Sequence record: PZ154896.1
Direction: 5' to 3' (one strand)
Length of the DNA: 64,000 bases
Source: a phage
The stretch's first letter is position 1. Every line of letters starts with the position of its first letter. The notes under the pieces are model-generated. The model saw only the letters and a program-made list of their open reading frames with translations. It did no database searches and was not told the DNA's origin. Positions 27,211-35,723 of the stretch are shown here, one piece after another. A program made the translations under genes and the position numbers.

Positions 27211-28200
27211 TTATTTATAGTAAGAATTATGATTTTCGAGATAGACTTGTTCAAGGAAGTCATCCCAGAAACTCATATCTACTTTTTGTTGCATACCGTT
27301 CTTGGCAGCTTGTTCTGACGCATGTTCAACTTGGTCAACGATATCTTCTAGGAATTCTTGTACAGTTTTAAACGTATGTTTACCAAGCTTAACATCGAGA
27401 ATAAATGGAGCATCCTGAAGTGGGTAAACCAGGTCGCCTGTTTTGTAAATTTCCAATAATTGAAGTCCACCACGACATGCATGACTCAATGCTTTCCAGT
27501 CAATACCTTCGTTAGCTTCTGCCTTACGAGCACGTTCACCATAGTTCTCTTCTAGTTTAACCAGGATGGCATTGAACTCTTTATTGGTTAATGTGTCTTG
27601 GAATTTACGGTCCAACAGATTATAGAATGTTTGCTTACCTGTTTTCTCGTTTTCGGTTTCAACCCATGAAGCAAATTCACCTACAGGCAGAACATTCTTC
27701 ATATGGGATAAACGAATTACTGCACCATTATCAAAGTATTGTCCCCATTCATTAGAACGTTTAAGGGCTTGACGAAGAACAGCCAGTCGAGAACCCTTGA
27801 CACCGTATTTAGAAGCTTGCTTACGGACATACCCTAAATAAGATTTCATGTTAGTGGTATAGAAACGAGACCTGTTATCTTGAATATACTTCCATACATC
27901 AGGCAAATCAGATTTAACTACTAAACTTGGTGGAGTGTGAAGCATATCTAATGCGACGGTTTCACCATCCGCAGCTAGTTTAAAGAAATATTTGAGACTA
28001 TACAACTCATGGTCCACGTCGTCTTTTGTGTTCTTAGAAGATGTGTTATTCGTGTTTTTGCTCATATGTTCTTTAACGTTACCGGTCAAAATATCACGAG
28101 CATGAGGGACATAAATTTCTTTAAAATCAACGTCAGATTCAGGAGTAGACGTTCCATAAAGGTGGCTACCAAAGTAAGCCTTAACAATCGTTTTCATCAT
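27211..28200 (-). CDS. nucleotidyltransferase-fold protein (pol-beta-like)
   Basis: 329 aa; N-terminal GSHLYGTSTPESDVD fits the hG[GS]x(9-13)DhD motif. Confidence 0.55.
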   Translation of the reverse strand: MMKTIVKAYFGSHLYGTSTPESDVDFKEIYVPHARDILTGNVKEHMSKNTNNTSSKNTKDDVDHELYSLKYFFKLAADGETVALDMLHTPPSLVVKSDLPDVWKYIQDNRSRFYTTNMKSYLGYVRKQASKYGVKGSRLAVLRQALKRSNEWGQYFDNGAVIRLSHMKNVLPVGEFASWVETENEKTGKQTFYNLLDRKFQDTLTNKEFNAILVKLEENYGERARKAEANEGIDWKALSHACRGGLQLLEIYKTGDLVYPLQDAPFILDVKLGKHTFKTVQEFLEDIVDQVEHASEQAAKNGMQQKVDMSFWDDFLEQVYLENHNSYYK

Positions 28201-28212
28201 TTAGCCTTATAT

Positions 28213-28671
28213 TCAAGAGTAGGACAGATTTTTTTCTTTACGAGCTTTAAGGTATTCACCTATTAATGATTTCTTACGTTCAATAGGCTCAAGTCCATTT
28301 TTAATTCGTTCTTGGTTTTGCGCAATGAGCTCAATTTCTTTATAATATTTTCTGTCGTTATATTTGTCTAACAACCAAGACGGACCAATTACCAACCCGG
28401 TAGCAATAAAAGCCATGACTGCTACCATTAAAATGCCTACACCAATTGAGGCCGGAACTAATGTCCATAGACTGCTAAAAACAAAGAATCTAGTTAAAAT
28501 TTCCTGGCCAATGATTACGACTGCTGCTAAAATCGCAAATCCAATAATTGAAACAGACAATACTGGGATTAACGTTTTCCAAAAATAAGCACACAACGTT
28601 TTCGGGCGATTCCATGTACTATTGAACGCGGCATAAATTTTAAAGTGCCAAGAGTTTTCATTGATAATCAT
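28213..28671 (-). CDS. membrane protein
   Basis: 152 aa, two or three hydrophobic helices. Confidence 0.5.
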   Translation of the reverse strand: MIINENSWHFKIYAAFNSTWNRPKTLCAYFWKTLIPVLSVSIIGFAILAAVVIIGQEILTRFFVFSSLWTLVPASIGVGILMVAVMAFIATGLVIGPSWLLDKYNDRKYYKEIELIAQNQERIKNGLEPIERKKSLIGEYLKARKEKNLSYS

Positions 28672-28680
28672 AATAATTCC

Positions 28681-29223
28681 TTATTTCAAAGTCGGGATAA
28701 TAGAATCAAGATAAGCTTTAAGAGCAACTGCTTCATCTTTGTCTAATGTAACGATATGTTGACGAAGGTCATCAATTTGACGAATAACTACGACATCACC
28801 ATCTTCATAAGAAGGATTAACGCCTAGGACTGTTGTATAGTCAGGGCGGTCCTGACTTGTAATAAAAGCATTACGGCATTTAGCCCATTGAAGTTTGGCC
28901 TTTTTGGCTGTTTCAGATTCCATGAATTCTTTCACTTTAGCGACGAATGTTTTCCAATTATTAATAGAAAAACATTCGTCTTCAGTTTCGATATTAACCC
29001 CACTATAAAGTCCATGATAAAAACGAACTTGAAGGTCTTCACCAATGTTAATTACAGATGCATGTCCTGGTGGATTGAGTTTCAAAATCTTGTCCAGTTC
29101 CATAGGAAGAATAGTAGCAGCATCATCTTCTTGTGTCAGAACATACACATAACCACGTTTTTCGATACATAAATCACCAAACAACTCGGTTGTTTCAATT
29201 ACAGTTTTCATATTATTCACCAA
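28681..29223 (-). CDS. hypothetical protein
   Basis: 180-aa ORF. Confidence 0.5.
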   Translation of the reverse strand: MVNNMKTVIETTELFGDLCIEKRGYVYVLTQEDDAATILPMELDKILKLNPPGHASVINIGEDLQVRFYHGLYSGVNIETEDECFSINNWKTFVAKVKEFMESETAKKAKLQWAKCRNAFITSQDRPDYTTVLGVNPSYEDGDVVVIRQIDDLRQHIVTLDKDEAVALKAYLDSIIPTLK

Positions 29224-29392
29224 TTAAAGTTTCAACAAAATTCACCAAAGCATTCTGGCAAGCATCAACCTGATTTTCATAAAAGTCTTCGTTATCATTT
29301 ACCGCATGATAAGCTACATCATTCAAATCTGAATCGGCTTCACGTAAGTCACGGATAAGGTCCATCAATTTATTAGCTTGTTCACGGGTCAT
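29213..29392 (-). CDS. small hypothetical protein (59 aa)
   Basis: MTREQANKLMDLIRDL...; promoter cassette directly upstream; below ORF-track cutoff. Confidence 0.4.
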   Translation of the reverse strand: MTREQANKLMDLIRDLREADSDLNDVAYHAVNDNEDFYENQVDACQNALVNFVETLIGE

Positions 29393-29517
29393 TTTACCAT
29401 ACTCGTTTCAATAAGATTCACTATGCCGTTTACCATGTTATAAGTAAACATCGGATAATTGTATTGTACTACAACATAAGCGATAAGCAAAAGTTTCATT
29501 TTGTTCTCCATTTGTTT

Positions 29518-29557
29518 TGGTAGGATTACTATATCATAGTCCTACCAAGACGTAAAC
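29518..29557 (-). promoter_or_regulatory. early promoter cassette (family A variant)
   Basis: GGTAGGATTA...TAGTCCTACC palindrome around -10, GTTTAC -35. Confidence 0.5.
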
Positions 29558-29790
29558 TACCGATTGTGTTTTAAATGTTGATAAAGTTCTTCAACTTGTT
29601 TAGGGTCCAAAACAATTAAGTCATTTTCTTGGCGAAGATAAATCAATCCCTTATCCCCAGGGCCATTTTTACAAAACATCGCCACCATATCATCGTCTTC
29701 AGCGCTTTCAGGTAAAAGTTCAAGTACACCGTCTTCAGATTTTCCAGTATAATCGTAAAGCATAATGTCCTCACATAATCTCGTTAACAT
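29557..29790 (-). CDS. hypothetical protein
   Basis: 77-aa ORF. Confidence 0.5.
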   Translation of the reverse strand: MLTRLCEDIMLYDYTGKSEDGVLELLPESAEDDDMVAMFCKNGPGDKGLIYLRQENDLIVLDPKQVEELYQHLKHNR

Positions 29791-29950
29791 ACATTTGCAA
29801 TTCGGTGTGGGCGTCGGCCATCTTTTTCATAGCTCTGTTAATGTCGATGTCTCCATCTTCGCAACCATGAGCATTTTCCCAATCAGATACCGCATTAGCG
29901 TACTCTTCAATCAAAAACATCAACTTAGAAATCTTTTCTTTACGTGTCAT
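29771..29950 (-). CDS. small hypothetical protein (59 aa)
   Basis: Start moved to ATG 29948-29950 with SD GAGGAG; the longer ORF-track start would include a promoter cassette. Confidence 0.4.
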   Translation of the reverse strand: MTRKEKISKLMFLIEEYANAVSDWENAHGCEDGDIDINRAMKKMADAHTELQMYVNEIM

Positions 29951-29967
29951 AACGTTCTCCTCTAGTA

Positions 29968-30007
29968 AGTAAGGACTACTATAACACAACCTGAGGAGAA
30001 GTAAACT
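29968..30007 (-). promoter_or_regulatory. early promoter cassette (GTTTAC-17-TATAGT)
   Basis: Minus-sense GTTTACttctcctcaggttgtgtTATAGTAGTCC. Confidence 0.45.
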
Positions 30008-30014
30008 GATAGAT

Positions 30015-30045
30015 GCCAAAAAGCCCCAACCGTAAGGAAGGGGCT
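30015..30045 (-). terminator. rho-independent terminator
   Basis: AGCCCC...GGGGCU stem followed by UUUUUGGC on minus strand, just 3' of rI. Confidence 0.55.
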
Positions 30046-30051
30046 AGTAAA

Positions 30052-30354
30052 TTAGATAGATGTAGGCTCTAATTTTATTTTCATGAACTCGGCAAATTGT
30101 CTGGCAGTTTTTATGCCTTGTTCATGACATTCAAATGCATCATCACAGGGGCTATTTTTGTAATGCTTTACCATATACTTATAGAATTTTTCAGAATTCT
30201 CGACATTTTGAATTTCAAACAAAGTATATACGTTTTTAATCCCTGATTCCATAAAGTTATCAAAATATGGGTCGGTGTACGCAGTACCAACGATAGGAGT
30301 TGTTGCTGCAAAAAACCCCAGCATCGCCATGACAGCTATCGCTCTTAAGGCCAT
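30052..30354 (-). CDS. rI: lysis-inhibition regulator rI (periplasmic antiholin)
   Basis: 100 aa; strongly resembles T4 rI from memory (signal-anchor, DPYFDNFMESGIKNVY, conserved Cys pair). Confidence 0.85.
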   Translation of the reverse strand: MALRAIAVMAMLGFFAATTPIVGTAYTDPYFDNFMESGIKNVYTLFEIQNVENSEKFYKYMVKHYKNSPCDDAFECHEQGIKTARQFAEFMKIKLEPTSI

Positions 30355-30366
30355 ATAGGCCTCCTG

Positions 30367-30579
30367 TTAATTTTGGCCAGTATTTATTTTTCGCCTTTGG
30401 ACGGCCTTAACATCTGTGAGGTATTTTTCCAGCTTGCGCTTGCGTGTATAATCAGCTTTAGAACCAGTTTGACGGATATCCTCGTTTAAATGAGAAATAG
30501 AATGTCCTAATTCTCTTCGGATTTCATCCAATTGGGTTACAGTAAGATTACGAAGTTGTCTTTCGTTTAATTGCTGCAT
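30367..30579 (-). CDS. hypothetical protein
   Basis: 70-aa basic helical ORF. Confidence 0.5.
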   Translation of the reverse strand: MQQLNERQLRNLTVTQLDEIRRELGHSISHLNEDIRQTGSKADYTRKRKLEKYLTDVKAVQRRKINTGQN

Positions 30580-30606
30580 ATATACCTCTTGGTTAGATAT
30601 TAGTAT

Positions 30607-31188
30607 TTATAACAACCCTGTCAAATCGTTCCAATGCTTCCGGCATAATGACACATATCTATCGGTGTCACCAATTTCAATTTGACTGCCATCTGTAATT
30701 GGAAGTCCGTCTTCCGTGACTCTAGCTACCATTGTGGCTTTTTTACCACAATGACAGACACCTTTAAGTTCAACAAGCTTATCGGCAATAGCCATTAATG
30801 CTTGAGAACCTTCAAATAGATTACCTTTAAAATCTGTTCGTAGTCCATATGCCATTACCGGCACATTGTATACGTCAACAATACGACTAAGTTGATACAC
30901 CTTTTCAGTAGTTAAGAACTGAGCTTCGTCAACAAATACACAATGAATATCCTTTTGTGCTGCAGCCCATTTATAGAATTCAAAGATATCCATGTCTTTT
31001 GTAATTATATTGGCGTCCTGACGAATACCAATACGAGAGACTATTTCACCTTTTGAATCGCGAGTATCAATAGCCGGTTTAAGAACTAATACACCCATGC
31101 CACGTTCTTTATAGTTATGGGCGGCAGTCAAAAGAGAAGCAGATTTTCCAGCATTCATTGCTGCATAAGTAAAAATTAAACTCGCCAT
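30607..31188 (-). CDS. tk: thymidine kinase
   Basis: 193 aa, same length as T4 Tk; P-loop AMNAGKSASLL, VDEAQF, zinc CHCG...C. Confidence 0.95.
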   Translation of the reverse strand: MASLIFTYAAMNAGKSASLLTAAHNYKERGMGVLVLKPAIDTRDSKGEIVSRIGIRQDANIITKDMDIFEFYKWAAAQKDIHCVFVDEAQFLTTEKVYQLSRIVDVYNVPVMAYGLRTDFKGNLFEGSQALMAIADKLVELKGVCHCGKKATMVARVTEDGLPITDGSQIEIGDTDRYVSLCRKHWNDLTGLL

Positions 31189-31189
31189 C

Positions 31190-31378
31190 TTAGTCCTTAG
31201 TTAAATTTTCTAAATATGTTTCTAAATCATTTTCAGCTTTATCGATAGATTTTACTAATTCGTAGTATGTTTCAGCATCTCCATAATCCGAAGCCAATTC
31301 AAAAGATAAATCTCGTTCTAAACTAATAATTTCGCTGATTAAAAATCGTATTTCATTCTTTTGTTCGCGAGTAATCAT
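31190..31378 (-). CDS. hypothetical acidic protein
   Basis: 62-aa ORF. Confidence 0.45.
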   Translation of the reverse strand: MITREQKNEIRFLISEIISLERDLSFELASDYGDAETYYELVKSIDKAENDLETYLENLTKD

Positions 31379-31581
31379 AAGGAATTTATATAATCAATAA
31401 GTTCTTGTTCTTTATCGTCGAAATCTTTACACAGTTCTTCGTATTCGTCGGTATTAAAAGGACCGCATTCATCGCAAACTTTTTCCAATTCACTATTTTT
31501 ATCCATAACTTCGTGAATAAGAGAAAACAGTCTGTCTTTTTGTTCTTTACTTAAACTCATAACCATGTCACCTTTAAGCAA
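31375..31581 (-). CDS. hypothetical acidic protein
   Basis: 68-aa ORF, ATGA overlap. Confidence 0.45.
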   Translation of the reverse strand: MLKGDMVMSLSKEQKDRLFSLIHEVMDKNSELEKVCDECGPFNTDEYEELCKDFDDKEQELIDYINSL

Positions 31582-31784
31582 TATTCTTCTACATGTTGTT
31601 TACGGCCTTTCTTATCGATAAAAGTATATTCAACGAATGTTCCGATGTAGTCTTTATCTACATCATGTGGACTATTAATTGGGCATTTGGTACGACAAAT
31701 GCGTTCCCATTGACGAATAATTACTGCCTTATTCTTTGGGTCATATGGATGTGGATAATGTATATTCATAATAATGGTTCCCAA
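31557..31784 (-). CDS. hypothetical protein
   Basis: 75-aa ORF. Confidence 0.45.
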   Translation of the reverse strand: MGTIIMNIHYPHPYDPKNKAVIIRQWERICRTKCPINSPHDVDKDYIGTFVEYTFIDKKGRKQHVEEYCLKVTWL

Positions 31785-32263
31785 TCAACAATCACAATTT
31801 CTAGTTTAGTGGAATACGTATCTAAAATCTCTTCGATGATATCCCAGTTTCCGCCACCGATACCTGCACCAATTCTTGGCATATAAATTACAGGCTTTGT
31901 TATCTTATTCTTTCCGAATTCATTTAATTCTATTATACAATTCATTAAAGCATAGTACTCAAAATTAGGTCCCGGCTCAAACTGCGTATAAAGATTAAAG
32001 CAATAAGCTTTATGGGTCTTAAAATATTTTTCATAAACCGAATAAGTCCCGAGTTTAGACTCGTCTCCGAATTCGGTTTGAAGTTTATCGGCTTCTAAAA
32101 TTTTTGGATAAGCCTTTGCTAATTGTCCTGCCACACCGGCGCCCATTGTATGAAAACAATTACACCCGTGAGCAATATTATTACCTTTAGAAAACAGGGC
32201 GACAATATCGCCCTTGATATAGTTTTTAATCACTTGCTGCAAGTCCTCTAGTATAAGAGTCAA
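31766..32263 (-). CDS. macro-domain-like protein (putative ADP-ribose binding/hydrolysing)
   Basis: 165 aa; GNNIAHGCNCFHTMGAGVAGQL and MPRIGAGIGGGNW resemble macro-domain glycine-rich motifs. Confidence 0.5.
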   Translation of the reverse strand: MTLILEDLQQVIKNYIKGDIVALFSKGNNIAHGCNCFHTMGAGVAGQLAKAYPKILEADKLQTEFGDESKLGTYSVYEKYFKTHKAYCFNLYTQFEPGPNFEYYALMNCIIELNEFGKNKITKPVIYMPRIGAGIGGGNWDIIEEILDTYSTKLEIVIVDWEPLL

Positions 32264-32573
32264 CTAGACGGTCCACCATAGAATTGCATGCTGCCTTATC
32301 TTTAGGTTCCGCCACCGAGCATTCTAATATTTGCCATTTTTTATAGTATCTTTTAATTAAGGTAGACGCCTTGAACCTACTAGACGCCCCATCTTTTTCT
32401 CCGTCTTTATACGCATATAACAATTTTTGTGAAAAATCTACTTTACACTCTTGACTTTTACCACAATAATCAGACGCCGTTCTGTTTGTATACTCCGTTA
32501 CATCAGTATATGTAGTATTAGCAAGAGCGCTAAATGAAACCAAGCCAACTATTAAAGCCAACATTTTGGTCAT
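32226..32573 (-). CDS. secreted Cys-containing protein
   Basis: 115 aa; signal peptide MLALIVGLVSFSALA; four Cys. Confidence 0.5.
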   Translation of the reverse strand: MTKMLALIVGLVSFSALANTTYTDVTEYTNRTASDYCGKSQECKVDFSQKLLYAYKDGEKDGASSRFKASTLIKRYYKKWQILECSVAEPKDKAACNSMVDRLVDSYTRGLAASD

Positions 32574-33112
32574 TCTTTTATTTCCAGTAGTTTATTTGAT
32601 TTAAGGTAATTAGCCTTTTCTAGGACTTCAGAAGCATATTTACTTCCAGCACTTGTCTTCCATCCCGCATTATATGAGGATATAGCTTTTCTTATATCCC
32701 CGTTATGTATATTTAACCAATAAGAAAATTCGATATAAGCCCATCTGGCTGAATTAGACCGCTTAGATAGCATTTTCTTAATTTGGGCATCAGTCATATT
32801 ATAACCAAGCTGGTTAATTCTTGCCCTCATTGTTGGTAGATAATTTTGGAACATTCCATACGCATGGTGACCTTTCTTATTTTTAAGATTAATACCGGCA
32901 GATGATTCCTGCCATAGTATTGCGGCCATTATGTATCCAAGTCCTTTCTTATGCATATTTTCATGCGTTTTAAATTTTCCATCCTTAGAAAACTGTTCCC
33001 CAAACTGATAAGCATAATTCAAGTTATCGAGTTGGACATTACTAAAAGTATGCTCGGAGCTATGTGCTGATAACGAAAGAGCAAATAGACCAGCGAGTAG
33101 TGCTTTTCTCAT
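32570..33112 (-). CDS. secreted lytic transglycosylase-like (SLT domain) protein
   Basis: 180 aa; signal peptide; LWQESS catalytic Glu motif, AYGMFQ, YNAG. Confidence 0.65.
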   Translation of the reverse strand: MRKALLAGLFALSLSAHSSEHTFSNVQLDNLNYAYQFGEQFSKDGKFKTHENMHKKGLGYIMAAILWQESSAGINLKNKKGHHAYGMFQNYLPTMRARINQLGYNMTDAQIKKMLSKRSNSARWAYIEFSYWLNIHNGDIRKAISSYNAGWKTSAGSKYASEVLEKANYLKSNKLLEIKE

Positions 33113-33120
33113 GTTTACCT

Positions 33121-33579
33121 CTAGATTTTAATCACTGCTTTAGAAGCTTTTCCTGGTAGTCGTTTACTGTTAATAATAGCCATTCTGCATTGAAGAGTCT
33201 TCATTTTGAATGCTGGATTTTCGCGACAAACTGTAAGTCCTAACCAAAGATTTCCATCAGTTATTTCTAAACGGCCTGGGCGATATTCGACACCTTCGAC
33301 AAAATCTTCATCAACATCCGGACGTGCCGGCATTGATAAAAATTCTGCAACTTCTTTAACATGATTTTTTACTTTACGAAATAATTCAAAAACGTAGTTC
33401 TCATCTATTTCTCTCTGGATGGCACGATCTAAGAGATGTTGAGAATACTTGATATGAAAGCCTGGTAGCCCAAGAGACTTTGCAGCATCTTTTACACCGG
33501 CATTTATTTTGCGGAACTCCGTTTCAAAGATTCGACGGAGTTTATTACGGCGGATAAAAACGTCAGAATTGATAGTCAT
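33121..33579 (-). CDS. regB: site-specific RNA endonuclease RegB
   Basis: 152 aa; about 80% identical to T4 RegB from memory (MTIN..VFIRRNKLRR, EITDGNLWLG, CRMAIINS.RLPGKASKAVIK). Confidence 0.9.
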   Translation of the reverse strand: MTINSDVFIRRNKLRRIFETEFRKINAGVKDAAKSLGLPGFHIKYSQHLLDRAIQREIDENYVFELFRKVKNHVKEVAEFLSMPARPDVDEDFVEGVEYRPGRLEITDGNLWLGLTVCRENPAFKMKTLQCRMAIINSKRLPGKASKAVIKI

Positions 33580-33596
33580 TTTTGATTTCTCCTCTA

Positions 33597-33638
33597 GTTG
33601 ACAGGTCTATAGTAACACATCTAGAGGAGAAGTAAACA
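33597..33638 (-). promoter_or_regulatory. early promoter cassette (GTTTAC-17-TACTAT) flanked by 9-bp inverted repeat
   Basis: CTCCTCTAG ... CTAGAGGAG inverted repeat; upstream of regB. Confidence 0.5.
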
Positions 33639-33641
33639 ACT

Positions 33642-33857
33642 TTATTGATAAAATGGAGTTAAAGCCCAAGATTCTTTAGATACCATATCGGCGAAATGCC
33701 TCATCTCTTCGATTTGGCGACGACGTTGGTCAGCATAGTCTTCTTCGCCTTCTTCCTTACAATCTTCAAGGTCTTCTTCAAGATACTTTAAGTATTCACT
33801 ACAAATTTTGTTGACCTTTTCTTGAAAGTCCAATAACCCAGTAATAGTAGAAGCCAT
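33642..33857 (-). CDS. hypothetical acidic protein
   Basis: 71-aa ORF. Confidence 0.5.
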   Translation of the reverse strand: MASTITGLLDFQEKVNKICSEYLKYLEEDLEDCKEEGEEDYADQRRRQIEEMRHFADMVSKESWALTPFYQ

Positions 33858-34291
33858 TAGTATTTTTCCTCAGGTCGAAATACTGCACGACATGCCCACA
33901 TGCTGGCTTCTTTTAGATGTTGCTTAGCATACTTAAGAGCCTGCACTGCATCCATATCTTCTTTGGTTTGTTGCTCTGATTCATTTTCTTTCAAGATATA
34001 TGCTTCTTCAATCAGAGCATCAAACATCAATCCAAGACGGACTTCTGCATCTTTAATAGCGTTCACTTTACTGATTTTATCATCGGTATGCGGCTTGTAG
34101 CCTTTGATGTCTTCAATCGACATAAGGAATTTCCTCATCGGTGGCAAGGTCATATTCGACCAATTGGATAGGCTCATTAATATCATATCCGCGTACAGTG
34201 ATATCGGTTGACGGATATTTTCCAGTAATATCACCCGTTCTAAATGCTTCAATGAATGATTGCTCGCCTGAGCAACCAAACCAGGCGGCAA
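33857..34291 (-). CDS. hypothetical protein
   Basis: 144-aa ORF. Confidence 0.5.
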   Translation of the reverse strand: MPPGLVAQASNHSLKHLERVILLENIRQPISLYADMILMSLSNWSNMTLPPMRKFLMSIEDIKGYKPHTDDKISKVNAIKDAEVRLGLMFDALIEEAYILKENESEQQTKEDMDAVQALKYAKQHLKEASMWACRAVFRPEEKY

Positions 34292-34337
34292 AACATTTTA
34301 AAACATCTTCAGACCCTTCTATAATCAATTTAGCCAT
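34113..34337 (-). CDS. hypothetical protein (overlapping frame)
   Basis: 74-aa ORF overlapping the previous ORF by about 180 nt; one of the two may be mis-called. Confidence 0.3.
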   Translation of the reverse strand: MAKLIIEGSEDVLKCFAAWFGCSGEQSFIEAFRTGDITGKYPSTDITVRGYDINEPIQLVEYDLATDEEIPYVD

Positions 34338-34699
34338 TATAGACTCTCAGTAAAGGTACGAGCTATAACGTCGCGCTGTTGTTCTGGAGTCAGAGAGTTA
34401 AAGCGAACTGCATAACCAGATACACGGATGGTCAGCTGCGGATATTTTTCAGGATGCTTAACTGCATCTTCCAGAGTTTCACGACGCAGAACGTTAACGT
34501 TCAGGTGTTGACCACCTTCAATTTTAACTTTAGGTTGATGTTCAATTTCAATTTCACGGGCATTCAAACCGTAGAAAATTTCCGGGTCTACAATAGCGTC
34601 TTCTTTAAAAGTCTTAGAGACGATAATCCGGGCTTGAGTACCATCTTCAAAATAAATAGTGCCTTTATGTGCACCTTCAAGAATTTGATATGCTTTCAT
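34337..34699 (-). CDS. autonomous glycyl-radical cofactor (GrcA/YfiD-like)
   Basis: 120 aa; C-terminal [25 protein letters not shown] is the pyruvate-formate-lyase glycyl-radical signature. Confidence 0.75.
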   Translation of the reverse strand: MKAYQILEGAHKGTIYFEDGTQARIIVSKTFKEDAIVDPEIFYGLNAREIEIEHQPKVKIEGGQHLNVNVLRRETLEDAVKHPEKYPQLTIRVSGYAVRFNSLTPEQQRDVIARTFTESL

Positions 34700-34705
34700 A
34701 TAACC

Positions 34706-35062
34706 TCAATTAGAAAATAAATTTATCCAAGTTTTTTCTTTAATCAAAAATGGGTCGGAATTAAACGCCATTAAACTTTGGGTGATTAATCCCTTAAATG
34801 GCCCATCAATAAATTCCATTTTGAAATGCGGAATACTAGTCATCAACCGTGCATTAGGAGCAGTACAAAGAACCTGTTGACCTGCGAACGGACCTTTAGT
34901 CAAACGATATCGTTTAGGTTTAAAATGGTAAATCTCGTAATTTTCTACAAGAGCCCTTTTATTGCATACTGGGCTGTTATAACAATACTCAAAAACTTCA
35001 ATAGTGGTCATCATTGCATTCCAATCACAAAAAATTGAGGACGAGCAATACCGCCGATGCAA
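34706..35062 (-). CDS. hypothetical protein
   Basis: 118-aa ORF. Confidence 0.5.
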   Translation of the reverse strand: MHRRYCSSSIFCDWNAMMTTIEVFEYCYNSPVCNKRALVENYEIYHFKPKRYRLTKGPFAGQQVLCTAPNARLMTSIPHFKMEFIDGPFKGLITQSLMAFNSDPFLIKEKTWINLFSN

Positions 35063-35550
35063 TATTTGCTTTTGCAGCAGTGCTGTACTGATTTAATATG
35101 GACATTGTAAATCTTATCCATATCAGGAGCTTTAATAGGCTCGTCAATTATATACAGAATACGAGAAAGCGTTAATCCACGGAATTTAGAACCTTCATTA
35201 CCAATAAAACTACGGACAGAATCAGTAAATAAACGGAATCGAATATCATCGCTAGAATAACGAGAAAATTCTTTTTTAATGTTGCCAGCAGAAATTTTAG
35301 CATAAGCTGAAGTATTAGAAAGAACAATAACTGTTCCACCATCGAGCAGCCAATTAGCGGCAAAATTAGTTACTGCAGTTGATTTACCAGATTGTCTGCC
35401 ACCATCTAAACGAAGTGTACAGTACTGCTTGAGTACGTCTTCAAATGGTGGGGCATAACCGTTCTTACAAATTTCTTCTACTCTAGCATCAGAATGGTGT
35501 GTAAAAGCATTCATCAGGGATAGATAAGGTCCAGTTAAAAATGTTCTCAT
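35011..35550 (-). CDS. hypothetical protein with P-loop-like motif
   Basis: 179 aa; GGRQSGKST Walker-A-like. Confidence 0.5.
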   Translation of the reverse strand: MRTFLTGPYLSLMNAFTHHSDARVEEICKNGYAPPFEDVLKQYCTLRLDGGRQSGKSTAVTNFAANWLLDGGTVIVLSNTSAYAKISAGNIKKEFSRYSSDDIRFRLFTDSVRSFIGNEGSKFRGLTLSRILYIIDEPIKAPDMDKIYNVHIKSVQHCCKSKYCIGGIARPQFFVIGMQ

Positions 35551-35723
35551 TTAGTTTCTCTTAAGGTTGGGGCCATTCCGTGGCACATGTTAGGTCCTTC
35601 GACTCGCTATGTAAACCCATTACCGCACTTGGGCTCGACCTTATTACAGGTTGGAAAAGGTACATCACTTAGAAGACTCGAGGTTCATAAGGAGAGGTTG
35701 CGTTTCCCTTTATTAGGCAAGAA

